Shown: positions 49,069 through 61,331, counted from the first letter of the whole stretch. The stretch: DNA of 63,074 nt, filler included, from Craspedostauros australis (GCA_030167865.1; 14 parts of 14 records of this genome joined end to end with filler, not necessarily neighbours in it), one strand, 5' to 3'. A program made the numbers and translations. Notes: a model not told the origin generated them from the letters alone.

Positions 49069-50526
49069 CTAATTACTCGATGAGCAGAATGCTCCAAGGC
49101 AATGCAGGATCGCATCAATCATCGATGTGCCTTTCTTGTCCACACCGCAAGCAGAAGCATCATCAACTCGGACGAGCCGATCCTCTCTCTTGTCATCCCA
49201 TGCCTGTTTCAACGTCTCACTGCCCTGCAGCAGAACGTTAAAAGTCGCGCTCATGGGATCCATTGTACCCATTAGACCCCCTACATGCATTGGACCACGA
49301 CGTTTGCTTGTTCTCATCAGCATCTCCCCAAACAGGGCCAGTGGTCGCGACCATGTTGAAAGGGAACACAGCACTGCTCTCACCTTGTTGCGATGATTTT
49401 GCCGCAAGTTGCATTCAACAAGCGCATTGTACGAATGGACATGTTCGTCAGGCGGACGTGGATAAATGTAGAGACGAGTGAGTTGGGTAGTCTGCTCCAA
49501 GGCTTGCTGAAGTGCTTCCATTTGTGCCGAGAGAGTCTCAGGTGGAACTTCAAACCTGCCAGGACCCCCAATGGCAAAGTATCTGAGAGATGACAAGGTC
49601 TTGTTTCCCAGGAGCGATATCAATGCGTCGAACCTTGTCATTTCCTCTTGTTGTGATGACCTAATCCAAAAACTGGACACCTCGAGCTTGTTCAGGTGTG
49701 ATGCATCTGAAAGAAGTTTGATGATCTGGTCGATTTCTTGTTGTGAGTAGATTCGTCGGACGCTGTGGACCAGACCGAAATCGATGTAGAACTTGTTGAT
49801 GCGCTTGTTTGACTGGAATAGCTTTGCCAAGCCATCGCAAGTGACTCGGGTGTCCAAAAAGGATACTCCGGTGACGCTACAATTGTTTGGAGACAGCCAT
49901 CTGCACAAATCAGCACCCCCATTGGCGAGCTTGCAGGTATAAAACCCAACGTATTTGGAGTTTTGGGAGATATTGAACATGAGCTTGTCACAATCAACAA
50001 GATCACATGAATACAAACGCACACGATGTGTCACAAGAGGGATATCATGGAGCTGCTTCATCTCGACGAAGCATGGAGGCAAGTAGATGCCTTCGTCGAA
50101 TGAAGATTTGAGTGGGTGTTTGGCAGCCAATCGAAGTACGAAGCGAATCGCTTGCTTGTCTTCTTCTCCGAATTGGTCATTGCTGCCGAATTCCAGATAC
50201 AGGTATCGAATGCGCATCCATCCGCAGCTCTCACGAGACCAATTGCTCAGTAGAACACGAGGTGCCAAAGCAATGTGTTTGTGCCGAACCACCATCGATT
50301 CCAAGTCAGCAAAGGTGAATCCTGCTTCGATGGCCATGTCCCAGTATTCCATCCGCTTGGGTGTGACACTGTAGCAGTCGATCTGCTGTCTTGGATGACT
50401 CTGCACATTGAACACGGTCTTCGGTATCCACCATTTTCGATGGAGTTGTTTCCAGAAAGTCTTGAAGTCTGGATCATGATCGGTGTTGGTATTGGTGTTG
50501 GCGACAACATCCATGTTGTGGTTCAT
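49069..50526 (-). CDS. Hypothetical protein, probable RNI-like/leucine-rich-repeat fold
   Basis: Uninterrupted 485-aa ORF with spaced LxxL-type strands (RINKFYID, HLNKLEVS, SLRYFAIG, QLTRLYIY) and a NLRQN...L.L..ML...FNVL tail resembling diatom RNI-like proteins. Confidence 0.6.
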   Translation of the reverse strand: MNHNMDVVANTNTNTDHDPDFKTFWKQLHRKWWIPKTVFNVQSHPRQQIDCYSVTPKRMEYWDMAIEAGFTFADLESMVVRHKHIALAPRVLLSNWSRESCGWMRIRYLYLEFGSNDQFGEEDKQAIRFVLRLAAKHPLKSSFDEGIYLPPCFVEMKQLHDIPLVTHRVRLYSCDLVDCDKLMFNISQNSKYVGFYTCKLANGGADLCRWLSPNNCSVTGVSFLDTRVTCDGLAKLFQSNKRINKFYIDFGLVHSVRRIYSQQEIDQIIKLLSDASHLNKLEVSSFWIRSSQQEEMTRFDALISLLGNKTLSSLRYFAIGGPGRFEVPPETLSAQMEALQQALEQTTQLTRLYIYPRPPDEHVHSYNALVECNLRQNHRNKVRAVLCSLSTWSRPLALFGEMLMRTSKRRGPMHVGGLMGTMDPMSATFNVLLQGSETLKQAWDDKREDRLVRVDDASACGVDKKGTSMIDAILHCLGAFCSSSN

Positions 50527-51874
50527 CCTTTTCTTGTTGTCGCTGTCGTTTCCGATTGTTGTTGATTGTTACTGATGATGATTGTTGCTGTTGTTGCTGA
50601 TTGTTTCTGTTGGTGGTCGGTATAATCGTACGAGTGGAGCAGGTAGAGCTGATAGAGCAGGCAGAGTNTGTGGTCCCAAATCAGTTGCGCTTGGATGGCG
50701 ATTGTGAGCTCATCTGCTCAAGTTTGATGTCCTCCATTTCATGATCCTGTGCATTGATCACGAAGCAACGTGTCGTCAGTCAACACGCCTGCATGGACTT
50801 GCGCAGTTCCACCACGGTGTATGGTGTGGTGTGGTGTGGTGTGGTTCGGTATGGTATAGTATGGCNNNNNNNNNNNNNNNNNNNNNNNNNNNNNNNNNNN
50901 NNNNNNNNNNNNNNNCTTCGATGATGCCCAACTTGGCCACGCTGTGCAGTTGTGCTTCATCATGTGATGCCATAGTACATCCCTCTGTGATGGTCTTGGG
51001 GGGAGTCAACCACGATACTATTATTATACTCCGATCGATACACTTCTTCGGGAGTTGGATGTCATCGAACGACTCCGATGGGCTGATCCACGATGTGAAG
51101 AATCCACGATGACTTCTTCGGTGGAAATCAGAGGCGTTTCTCATGTTCTGTGGCGATGACGATGACGACGATGGTGATGACACCACTCGTGTTTCAATCC
51201 ACAACAAACGTATCCAAGACTCCTTCCTGCCACCACGATGCGATTGGCACGATGCGATTGGCACGATGCGATCGTCAAACAGCACAACAACACCACAAGA
51301 AGCAGACTTCAAGACACTCCTCGCTTTCGTTCTTGGCGCCTCACCATGTTAGCACTATGATCGTACCCATGCACGCACAGAACGCCTCATCGTCAGTCGC
51401 CACTCACATGGACAAAGATCAAGACAAGGAGGTGATTGGAGCAGTGTGCACACCATCCCGCTACCATCAGCCAGTTGATCATCATGATTGTAGTACGACC
51501 ACCAAGCCACAACACCGCCAAGTTCGTCATCACATCATGATCCATCCATGCAAATCATGAGGATTCTTTCCATCGCTCGCATCTGCGTGGCAGTTGTGAT
51601 CCCCAGTTCTGTCATTGTCGATTCTACTGTTCGTGCTGATGATGGTGCTGATGATGGTGGTGCTGGTGCTGGTGATGTCAAGCAGCAGGATCGGGAACCG
51701 CAACTGAACATGACGCATCCACAACGTCTGCGGCCGCTCTAACTGCGCATCCCCGCACATGCAGCAAGGCACGGCATGTGGCACCAATTGCAACAGCAGC
51801 AACAAGAGCAACAGCAACAACCCTCTTCGACGATTCCACATGGGTTCTACTGTGCAGAACACACCAGGGCACCA

Positions 51875-51985
51875 TGTTGTGAGAGTCTGTGTCAGATGGA
51901 GAAACAGAGAATTTATGAGGTTGTTCTGCTGTTGTGGAGAAGGCAGACACAGCTGTGCCAGACTGACGTCGGCCAGACTATGACA
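51875..51985 (-). repeat. 3' LTR (111 bp, TGTCA...CAACA)
   Basis: Directly follows the G7 PPT and is identical to 59145-59252 over the visible length. Confidence 0.93.
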
Positions 51986-52052
51986 CCCCCCCACGGTCGC
52001 TGGGTGGAAAACCCAGTGACCGGAACAACTCGATTAAATGTATTATGTAAAA

Positions 52053-55000
52053 CTAGGCCTCAAGCCGAGCAGCAGACCACACCGGCACGAGTGCACCGGA
52101 AACGTTGTCCCAGTGCCTAAAGAATGTGGGCGGAGCCGTCTGCTTGGTGCCCATGTCGGCAGCATTCACAGTTGTGTCGATATCCATGAACGTGACGAGC
52201 TCGTTTTCGACCCACTGCTGCACGGCAAAATGCCGAATCTCAACATGTCGTGTGCGCCTTGAGGGTTGCCCAGCATTCGCTATCATGAGGGCCCCTTGAT
52301 TGTCCTCGTACAGAACAGTTGCCTGCACCTGCGGCACACCGAGCTCTTCCAGCGTACACCGCAGGCATAGGGCCATGCGACCCGCATCAGAGGCGCAGAG
52401 CAGCTCAGCCTCAGTGCTGGACATTGCCACTGTAGGCTGCACCCTCGCTTTCCATGCGACCGTGGCGCCGGCCAGCTTGAAGACGATGCTGGAAACGGAC
52501 CTGCGATGTCGAGTATCGGTGGCCCAGTCGCCATCGGCGTACCCGTAGAGGACAGAAGGATCTTCATTGGGATGGCGATGAAAGATACCATCCTGAACCG
52601 CAACGGCGGCCGGTAAAGGAAGGTCCGGAAGGTCCACGACCCGCTGAGTGCGATGGTATGTGACCCCACGATCCATCGTGCCATGAAGATATCGAAAGAT
52701 TCGCTTGACCGCCGTAAAGTGTAAAGCTGAAGGCCGTGCTGAGAACTGCGAGAGCTTGACCACGGGGAAAGTGATGTCGGGACGACAAGTCACCATGGGC
52801 CAGATAAGCTCACCAATAGCCTGCCGATATGACCCAAACTTGGCTTGAATCTTGCGAAGCTCACCAGAATCGAGTGCCTCCGCATCATCCAGAGCCTTGA
52901 TATGGGCGTTGCTGGCCGCCATGGGAAGTTCAGTGTCATGCATGTCGTTGTTGGAAATCCGGGGTTATAGTAGTAGACTAATCTGTTATCAGTCTGTACC
53001 GTTTTAGAACTGTGAGCACAACATGCTCATCTCCTTTCGATTCCAATTCACAACAAGCATGATCTGCAGTAGCCACCCGAGATTACACCCTTCAGCTTGG
53101 CTCCTTTCGTCTGTATCTTCATCTTGCTTTCATCGTGGTTCATTGCTTGCTTGGCTGAGGATTGGAGAGCACCTACATTCGTCAAGTTCATACTCGTAGA
53201 CCTGTAGGTACCTCTCCTTCGGTCTCTTGTCACCTCACTGGTCCCACTTCATTTCAGTTCCTCCCTTCGGTCATCTCGATGGTTGCCTTTGGATGCTTGG
53301 AACTTATTGTCATCTGGATCGTGGTCTTGGGTGAATAGGGATCGCCTCTGTNNNNNNNNNNNNNNNNNNNNNNNNNNNNNNNNNNNNNNNNNNNNNNNNN
53401 NNNNNNNNNNNNNNNNNNNNNNNNNNNNNNNNNNNNNNNNNNNNNNNNNNNNNNNNNNNNNNNNNNNNNNNNNNNNNNNNNNNNNNNNNNNNNNNNNNNN
53501 NNNNNNNNNNNNNNNNNNNNNNGTGCAACTGGTCGATTGCTAGGTTGCGGTTTGTCTGGGAGATGCTATTGGGGGTTGCGGCAATCGTGGGTATCTTTGC
53601 ACTTAACACCATTCCGGTTCCAGTCAGTCCTCATGGGAGCTGCGGTAGAATACGGTATCTTTGCAAAGTCGTACCCCCGATTCCTGACATGTCGTCCCAA
53701 TCATGACGCCGGAATACCTTGCCGAGGTACGTGGCGTTGTGCATGGTGATATGCGTGGATGTTTGAATGATGTCGGCCCCATTGAAGTGTTGGAGCAAAC
53801 CAAAACGCTTCATGGGCACGAAGAGAAACCCATCAAGTTCATCACAGATCGCCCCAAACGTGTCAGCACTGTCGCATGCGATGGCGAAGTCGTCAACTTG
53901 TCTGAGGAACAGAACATCGCGCCCTTTGTACATGGCCCTGTAAAGGCACGGCGCATGCGTGGTCGGCTTGAACCCCATGCGCTGCAGTTGAGCATCGATG
54001 TGTCTTGCCCACTGCCGGGGCGCCTCAGGATGTCCTTGAAGGTTCTTGCATATGGGAATGACATGCCCTTTCGGAATGGGTGGCTTGCCTTTCGACTTCC
54101 ACCAGTTGGCGAATGGTATGTCCACGTGCATGAAGTACCGCTGCTCACCGCAAGGGGCTTCTGCAAATGCATTGGACACATCGGCTCCGTAGATTTTCTT
54201 GTTTTCCAAAGCCGAGATGGCCACAAAAAGTCGGAAATCCGTAGCATCTGGTGTCGCAGTGAAGGTGTGTCCAGTGATGACGGCCTTTCCTGCGCGAGGA
54301 GATCCATCGCACACTGCGCGAGCCTTGCGTCGCGTCTCAGTGGGATTCTGCTTGAGCACGTACACCCAGACCCAATGGAACACTTGATCACCGCCCTGAG
54401 CAGCCACTGGGTTGCCGAACATGCCCTGGTCGTCGTATTGCTGGAGCTGTTGAAACTCAGATTGCTCCCAAAGCTCCCAGTCGTCTTGACCACGCAACGC
54501 TCGTCGTGTGAGCTTGAGCGCCACTCGACGACGTGAAGATGAGTCGTCGCCGCCGTCGTCTTTGGCGGCACGGCATAGCGCCCGGATGTCTCGCCACTGG
54601 TCGAAGTACAGTTGTATCAGACCACGAGCTGACAGAGTGTTGCGGATGGCATCAAAAGCGAACGTGAAGGTGGCTTGAGTTTCACCAAGTCCTCGAGCGT
54701 CACGGACGACCGCCTCAAGCTCCGGCAGGTCGCATACTGGCAAGCCATTGACCGCCAGCAAGTATGCGCCGCGAAGCCGTGATTTCCACTGGGGTACACG
54801 CCGTGCGCGCTGCCCAGAAGAAATGTCGAAGAGTCGAAGCCTCTCACGGTGATTGTTCGAGTTCCACTCGATGCCCGCATGCGGATGGTTGCCGAACAAC
54901 GGTATGTCCACGTCGAAAGACGTGTCATACGGATGGCCGGACATGTCCAGCATCATGACGTCGTTCATGGGTGACTTGGCATGCACGGCTGCAGCAGACG

Positions 55001-56869
55001 CAGCCGGCGCGATGTGGAATCCATCACGGAGAGGCAGCGGAACGAAACTTGCACCTTGAATCCCAGGTAGGATTTTGAGTTTGTCCAGTGTTGGTTGAAC
55101 GGCGAAAGTTGGACCACCAATTTCTGGTTCCGCAGCCGCATCTTTGACAGGGGCCTCAACCTGTTCAGCACCCAGGTCGAAGAGAAGTTGGGCTGATGGT
55201 GGACGATCCGTGCACATGTAGTGTGCCTCATCGAACACCACGGAACCACCAACCTTGACAGTGCCGGAGTCCAGATCGATGTACCGAATATTGACTCCAT
55301 CGCCCATGAATCCAAGGAAGATCCCGCTGTATGTGTGCACATCCAGCTTCCGGATGGCTTTGTCAGGCTTGCGAACCGTGACGCGAGATCCAAATACCCT
55401 CAAATGTGCAATATCGGGGATATTGCCGTTGAGCGCTTCGTACGGCGTTTTGTCAATGGCAGCATGCCACATGCGATTGCGCAGATACGCAGCATGTAGC
55501 AGCGCAGCCGACCAATACTGCGGTGGTAGACCAGCCCCATACAGCATGGCACGAACCATGACCGCGTACACGCGATTGAGTCTCTCAGCCTTGCCATTTC
55601 GATGATGTACACCGGCGCCCGTTGGTTCGAGGACGTACCCAGCATCACGAACCATTTCCGCGAATGCCCGGGATGTGTACAACTCACCACCATGATCCAC
55701 TCGAATGGCACGGTAGCCGTCCTTCCGACCGAACCGTTGGAGGTGTGTACGCACCACATCGACTGGAGTGCTCTTGCCTTCGGTGTTAAACACCCATGCG
55801 TACCTCGAGTATGCATCCACGATGAGTAGATATGCAGTACATCGGTCAAAGGATTCCACCACTGCCGGCATGTTCTTGACTTTGGCGTACTGAGACGAGC
55901 TCGCACGCATGTAGCCGAAGTCCATATGGAATCGGGAACCAACTGCCAGAGCGGAAACGTCAGCAGTAGGACCTCTCGGTTGTCGCTGTGCACGGGCCTC
56001 CATGCACGTGGTGCACATGCGGACCGGATGTTGACCGGCTGCAACCTTGGTGGGGATGCCCACAGAGTGTTGTGGAAGGTGCACCATCTGATGATGCCCA
56101 GGATGTCCGAGGCGCTGATGCCACAGCTCGTATGTGAGGGCCTTGTTCCCAGTAGACGCTGTCACGCTGTGTACAGAGTACAGAGCCATGAAAAAGTAGA
56201 GGTCGTTGATCCTCACCATGGAAGCGCGCTTGGAGAACTTGTGTGCGTTGCCATAGAACCTGACATGGGGGTCATTACGATCCCTGCACACCACATCGAA
56301 GGTGTCATACACCGCCGAGTGCTCACAGATGAGCTGTGGAGAGAGAAGAGTGGCCGAGACGTGCTGGCAGAAGTACATCGGGATGGGGATGACATCGCCA
56401 TCGTCGAGTCTGAATGGAAAGACACCACGGTGTGTGCACACCATAGCACCTGACCTGACGTCGGCGCCGGATAGGTCGAGTGGAATGTCGAGCGGAGTCA
56501 CGTCCGCAAGGACGTGTTTGGCATTGGTGACTGAGATGTTGGCACCCAAGTCGCACTGCTGACGGGCAGCGCTGTTGAATCCGCCAACCGGTGTCACATG
56601 ATGGATCAGGGGAACGCTGTGTATACGTTCATGATCACCTCTCGCCTCATGGGCAACAACACATGCGATTCTTGGCCCTTCAGGTATGAGCATGTGCCAC
56701 TCAGTCGGCTGCGCGGGTGGCTTTGGAAGCACCTGCGAGGTCGACTGAGTACCATGGGCCTGTGATGGCGCAGGCAGTATGCCAACGGAGTTGGCTGGCC
56801 CTGAATCTACCGCGCATTCATGTGTGATAAGCCGTTCACCAGCAGAAGGATGTGCTGGCCGGCTTAGGA
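52053..56869 (-). CDS. Copia Pol (protease, integrase, PDZ-like, RT, RNase H), interrupted by a solo LTR at 52949-53689
   Basis: PR: CDLGANIS. IN: WHQRLGH..C..C, HMDFG, IRVDHGGE, NGKAER. RT: KARAVCDG, ADVSNAF, LQGHPEA, RQVDDF. RH: YADGDWA, STEAE, YEDNQG, AADMGTK. Removing the insertion restores DWDDMHDTELPM in frame. Confidence 0.95.
52949..53689 (-). repeat. Solo LTR with 6-bp TSD TGTCGT inserted in RT
   Basis: Same termini as 47557-48312, with TGTCGT at 52943-52948 and 53690-53695. Confidence 0.93.
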
Positions 56870-56876
56870 AAAATCC
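56828..56876 (-). promoter_or_regulatory. Putative -1 programmed ribosomal frameshift signal (G_GAT_TTT plus stem-loop)
   Basis: The heptamer at 56876-56870 lies one codon before the gag stop. The -1 frame is open from there into pol. A stem follows: TAAGCCG-G-CCAGCA-loop-TGCTGG-TGAA-CGGCTTA. Confidence 0.75.
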
Positions 56877-58970
56877 TGCCCGAACTGGAGCACGGACATG
56901 AGAAGGTCGTCGTCGTCGACATCGGACCCATCATCATCATTCGCCCTGGTTTGAAGCACCCTTGCAACGGCCTTGCGCCCATCGGGTGTGGCCATCTTCA
57001 TGAGGGTGTTGCCCAGTTTCTCGGCCAGCTTCATGTTCTTCTCGCGGAAGCTGGCAAGATTTTGGTGGCGAGCAAGGAACACGCAGCTGGTGCTCTCGTG
57101 CCCTCCACGGCCGCAAGCAGCGCAGATGGCGCCCTTGACTGGCTTGCGGAAGTCGTCGCGGCGAGCGCGGAAGTCTTGATTGACCCCATCATCATCGTCA
57201 TCGCTCGCACGATCGCGATTCCCGCGACCACGGCTCTGGCCATGTGGACCGCCTTGGCGTCGTTGGGACCGAGTCATGGCATGTGCGGTCTTGGTGTCAC
57301 CCGCACTGTCAGCGAGCTTGACAGCCAGTTCCCCAACGTGTAGGGTATGAGGAAAGCTGGAGTCATCTTCACGCGCGAGAACCAGCTCCTTGTACTGATT
57401 GACGTTGTGTCCGGCGCTCTGCATCTCATCCAAAAAATGAATGGATGCTCGACGTGGACTGAACTGATGCAGGGACCCATGTTGGTCAACGAAGGTCATG
57501 AGGGACGTCGCGAAAGAGATGACGCCTTGTTTCCCATCAAACCTTGGTGGCATGGGAATGCCCGCAGCCGCCGGCGCTGTCACCGTGCACTGTAGGACGC
57601 GATGCAGAAAGTGGAATGCGTTGAGCATTTCAAAGCTTCGCGTCTGCAGGAAGCGCTGGTAGTGGATGGCAAGCTTCGTGTCAGGCTTGACCTCGAGCAC
57701 CCCTGGCGACAGCAGCTTCATGGCGTGCGCCGCGTTGATAGCAGCGACCGTGCTGCTGGTGAGGAAGGATGGAAACACGACGCAGTCGACCCTGTAGAAG
57801 GAAAGGGGAATGATGTACGCGCCGTACTGCTCCGCCACCATCTGGTAGTGTTCATACCATGTGCGGACATGGTGAGGTTCCAGACTGCTGAGAGGAGTGA
57901 CATGGGCATCAAGGAAGCCTCGCTTGTCAACTTGAATGCGCGAGCTGGCTTGATATTGCCACGTGGGATGTTTCTTGAGGTCGACACCATAAGGCGCGGA
58001 ATCGTGGTACCTGGCACGGTGTGCCGAGTCTTCACGCATGATGTCATCGAAGAAGTCGTACCCACTGGAGCCGTCCACGTGAGTGCGCGCGTTGGCAGCA
58101 GCACCACGTTGGTTGGCACCGGTGGGAGCCCCGCGATTGCCATGGCGAGGCGTGCGGAAGTCGGGCGTGGGAATGCCACGCTCGAACATGTCCACGAGCT
58201 CGGGGTCGTCGACCACGGACCGGTCGAATGCAACGCCACCGTCGTCGCGCTCACGAGTGACGGCGTTGTTCGCAGGTGCGTCGGCATGCGTCGCAGTCCT
58301 GGACCGATCACCGCGGGCGCCGAGTCTTGGAGTAGTGTCCCGCCTTGGTGTGAGCACCACCGCAGGGTGTGTCGCGATGGGCGGACCGGCCGCATGGCAA
58401 GTCGAAGGTGCCCCCCAACGATGGGATGTTCACGGACGTATCGGAGGCGATGGGATCACCACCCCGATAGAGAGCGGCAGAGAAGCTCGACCACTGAAAG
58501 CCAACTGGCAACGTGGACTGCTGGTACCACTCGCGTAGCGTCTTGAGCTCGTTGAGGTCAGGCTTGCTGATGGACCCGTACAGATTGACCTGCGCGGCAG
58601 CGCGCTGGTCACTGGAGATGCGAAGAAGATTGTGGAACCGCCCCCACACTGAAGGTTCGTCGAGGCAGTTGGTGAAGTACTTGGCCACCGTGGCGGCACC
58701 GGCTGGAGAAAGGTAAGCCACGCGAAGAATGGGCTGTACGAGTGTGCCAGGATCGAAGCTTGCTGGCAGCGCACCGTCGCCGAGCGCCGCAGTGTTGTCG
58801 TTGACATCGCCGGTGACGCCTCCGCCGCGAACGTTGGTACTGCCCCCGTCGCCACGAGAGTCGCCCACGCCGTCGCCGGGCACAGCGTTGTCAGCACCAG
58901 TGCCAAGCGCGTCATCGCCAGTAAGGCTGGATTGGTTGGTGGTGGTGGAGTCGGTTGTGTTGGTCGTCAT
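56864..58970 (-). CDS. Copia Gag with CCHC zinc knuckle; one +1 frameshift near 58411-58416
   Basis: Contains CAACGRGGHESTSC (CX2CX4HX4C). The ORF from ATG 58970 joins the 56864-58360 ORF if one base is removed from the C6 run. Confidence 0.82.
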
Positions 58971-59144
58971 GGTGATGGACACGAATGATGTTGCGAAACG
59001 GAAAGCGAGAAAAAGTTTTGTGTGTGAAAAGCAAACTACGCGTGAAACCACGAGGAGAGAGGTCAGCAATGACGCAAACTTCGTGTGTGACCGCGGCAGG
59101 GATGCGNNNNNNNNNNNNNNNNNNNNNNNNNNNNNNNNNNNNNN

Positions 59145-59252
59145 TGTGAGAGTCTGTGTCAGATGGAGAAACAGAGAATTTATGAGGTTGTTCTGCTGTT
59201 GTGGAGAAGGCAGACACAGCTGTGCCAGACTGACGTCGGCCAGACTATGACA
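59145..59252 (-). repeat. 5' LTR (last 3 nt lost in gap)
   Basis: Identical to 51878-51985. Confidence 0.9.
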
Positions 59253-60422
59253 CATGTGACACGCCACCTCCTCATCCATCTCTATCCGAACAGGTACCTT
59301 ATTCGTGAGTGAATCGGCGATCAGTCCCGTGTTCAACCAACCATCGACCCTCGGCGATAGATTGGTGACCATGACGATGATGGACTCATCATCGAACACC
59401 CCCACGCTGCACCTTCGGGCACCGCATCTTTCCGTGCAGATCCGAGATCCCTCCCACTACCACTGCAACGCAGCGCAATGCAATGCAACACCATCCCAAC
59501 AAAGACAAGAGATGAAGCTGCGCGAGCAATTCATCTCCAACAGCGCAGACACCCATCATCTCCCAAGACAAGTGATGGTGCTTGATCCGCGAACAAGACA
59601 TCGCACGATGTCCGACCATTTCGCAGCCACAACAATTGGCTTTGGCAAGTTCTTGTTCTGCTCTTTGATTTGGCGATGTCTGTTTTGTGGCATCTCATGA
59701 AGCAGTATTCCGCAGCAAGCAGACGAAGACTTGCCTCCTGGATCGTGGTGTGACGACGCAGGTGATGAGAAGCACAGACTGGACCAGGCAATCTCAAGGA
59801 GGCGAAGGCAACTTTGTTCAACATAAATCATGGGCATCCGTACTCAAGTGCAATCGATACACCATTGGCCGTTCTTGTCTTCCATCAATCACAACGCTGG
59901 CTTGTTGATCATGAAGGCACTGCGGTGACTCGGCGCTGCTACGCTATTTGCGGCGATGATCGCTGGGAGTGCAGTCCCAACAGCAAGTGCCATGGGGAAT
60001 ACAACGGTGAGTCACCTGGATCATCGCACTCATTGCCCTCTGGTGGCCTTCACTGACGTCTTCCATGTTGGGTTCTTCGCCCGCTGAATCCGTACAATAC
60101 GTCCATTCGTTCGTATACATGTATGCATGCATGCATTTATGTATGCATGTGTGTAGCATGTATGTATGCTCGCCCTCACCCTGGACCATTCCGCCAAATC
60201 CTCTCTCTCTCTCTCTCTCTCGCTGTGTTCACGCTGCCTGTACTTGCGATCATCACAACAAATCGGATGAAACGAATTCGCTCAATCAACTTGAACTGGA
60301 ACGACTGTGCCCATCACAACAANNNNNNNNNNNNNNNNNNNNNNNNNNNNNNNNNNNNNNNNNNNNTTAATTAATTAANNNNNNNNNNNNNNNNNNNNNN
60401 NNNNNNNNNNNNNNNNNNNNNN

Positions 60423-61331
60423 CACCATGAGAACATGTATGGAGGGAATCGAATACGAATGGCTCACCCCTGAAGGATGGTACAGTACAGGCCAACGGCA
60501 AGGCAATTTTGTATGGGAATCTGCTCCTGCAGCTGCGGATGCGATGATCGATCAGATTGGCAAAGCGCGGCACAAGCGACCCCAGAACCTGCACGTGGTC
60601 TGCATACCCAGATTAATGACTGGTCGGTGGCGGAGGAAGCTGTTGCGGTTGNNNNNNNNNNNNNNNNNNNNNNNNNNNNNNNNNNNNNNNNNNNNNNNNN
60701 NGACTGTGGAATCGTACCGCAGGGAATGTAGAATAAGGATATGCACGACAAGGTGCATGGAAAGAATGCCTACGGATATGCACGATGATGTGCATGATAA
60801 AGGATGCCTGCGGATGCGATCTCATGTATGCAAGCGATGATTCATGATGATGAGATGCATGAACGCTACGGTATAACACGACGCTGCTGTAGGAAATGCT
60901 ACATGAGAAACGAAAGGCAAAGGAGCTGAAGAGAATGAGCTCACAGTTCTGAATAGTACAATCTAACAACCAATTAGTTCTTACTAACACTAACCCCGGA
61001 TTTCCAACACAAGCAACCCCAGAACCTGCATGTGGTCTGCATACCCAGATTGATGACTGGTCGGTGGCGGAGGAGGCTGTTGCGGTTGAGTGACTTCTAC
61101 TTCAAGGTTGAACGGTGTCATGAATGGCCTGCTCACCTGCTGGAGCCTTTGTTTGTCTTCATTTTTCTTCCTTATCTCTCTTGGAACCCCAGACTCGACG
61201 AACAACGCAAGCTATTGGAAGAACCAAATGAGGTTCTGCTGCAGCAAGGTGTGTGGGAAGCTGATCCAATCAGGTGCAGGCGTGTTCTGCGCGAACTTCT
61301 CCAGTCCGCGCGGGCCCTTTGCCCCCTGTAG
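60423..61331 (+). CDS. C-terminal methyltransferase-like region of a DIRS-type pol ORF (two overlapping versions, one interrupted by an LTR)
   Basis: WLTPEGW..FVWESAPAAA..KARHKRP..HVVCIPRLMTGRWRR.L..SDF..WP...EPL follows the pattern of the DIRS MT-like domain, with a degenerate xPP motif. Confidence 0.6.
60702..61009 (+). repeat. Partial LTR of the TAACCCCGGATTTCCAACA-terminus family inserted in the DIRS-like element
   Basis: Ends TAACCCCGGATTTCCAACA, the exact reverse complement of the 47557 and 52949 termini. Uninterrupted target sequence is seen at ~60565-60651. Confidence 0.85.

Larger units (their letters stand above)
51875..59252 (-). mobile_element. Near full-length Ty1/copia (CoDi-like) retrotransposon with 111-bp LTRs
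   Basis: Order is LTR-gag-PR-IN-RT-RH-PPT (G7 at 51986-51992)-LTR. The PBS position is hidden by the 59107-59144 gap. Confidence 0.95.

Noticed and set aside
58411..58416. Second programmed frameshift inside gag
   Set aside because: A single extra base in a C6 run with no evident stimulatory structure is more likely a sequencing error or mutation.
8739..60378. Recurrent TTAATTAATTAA palindrome as a biological repeat or recombination site
   Set aside because: It is always embedded in N runs and gives stops in six frames, so it is an artificial concatenation linker.
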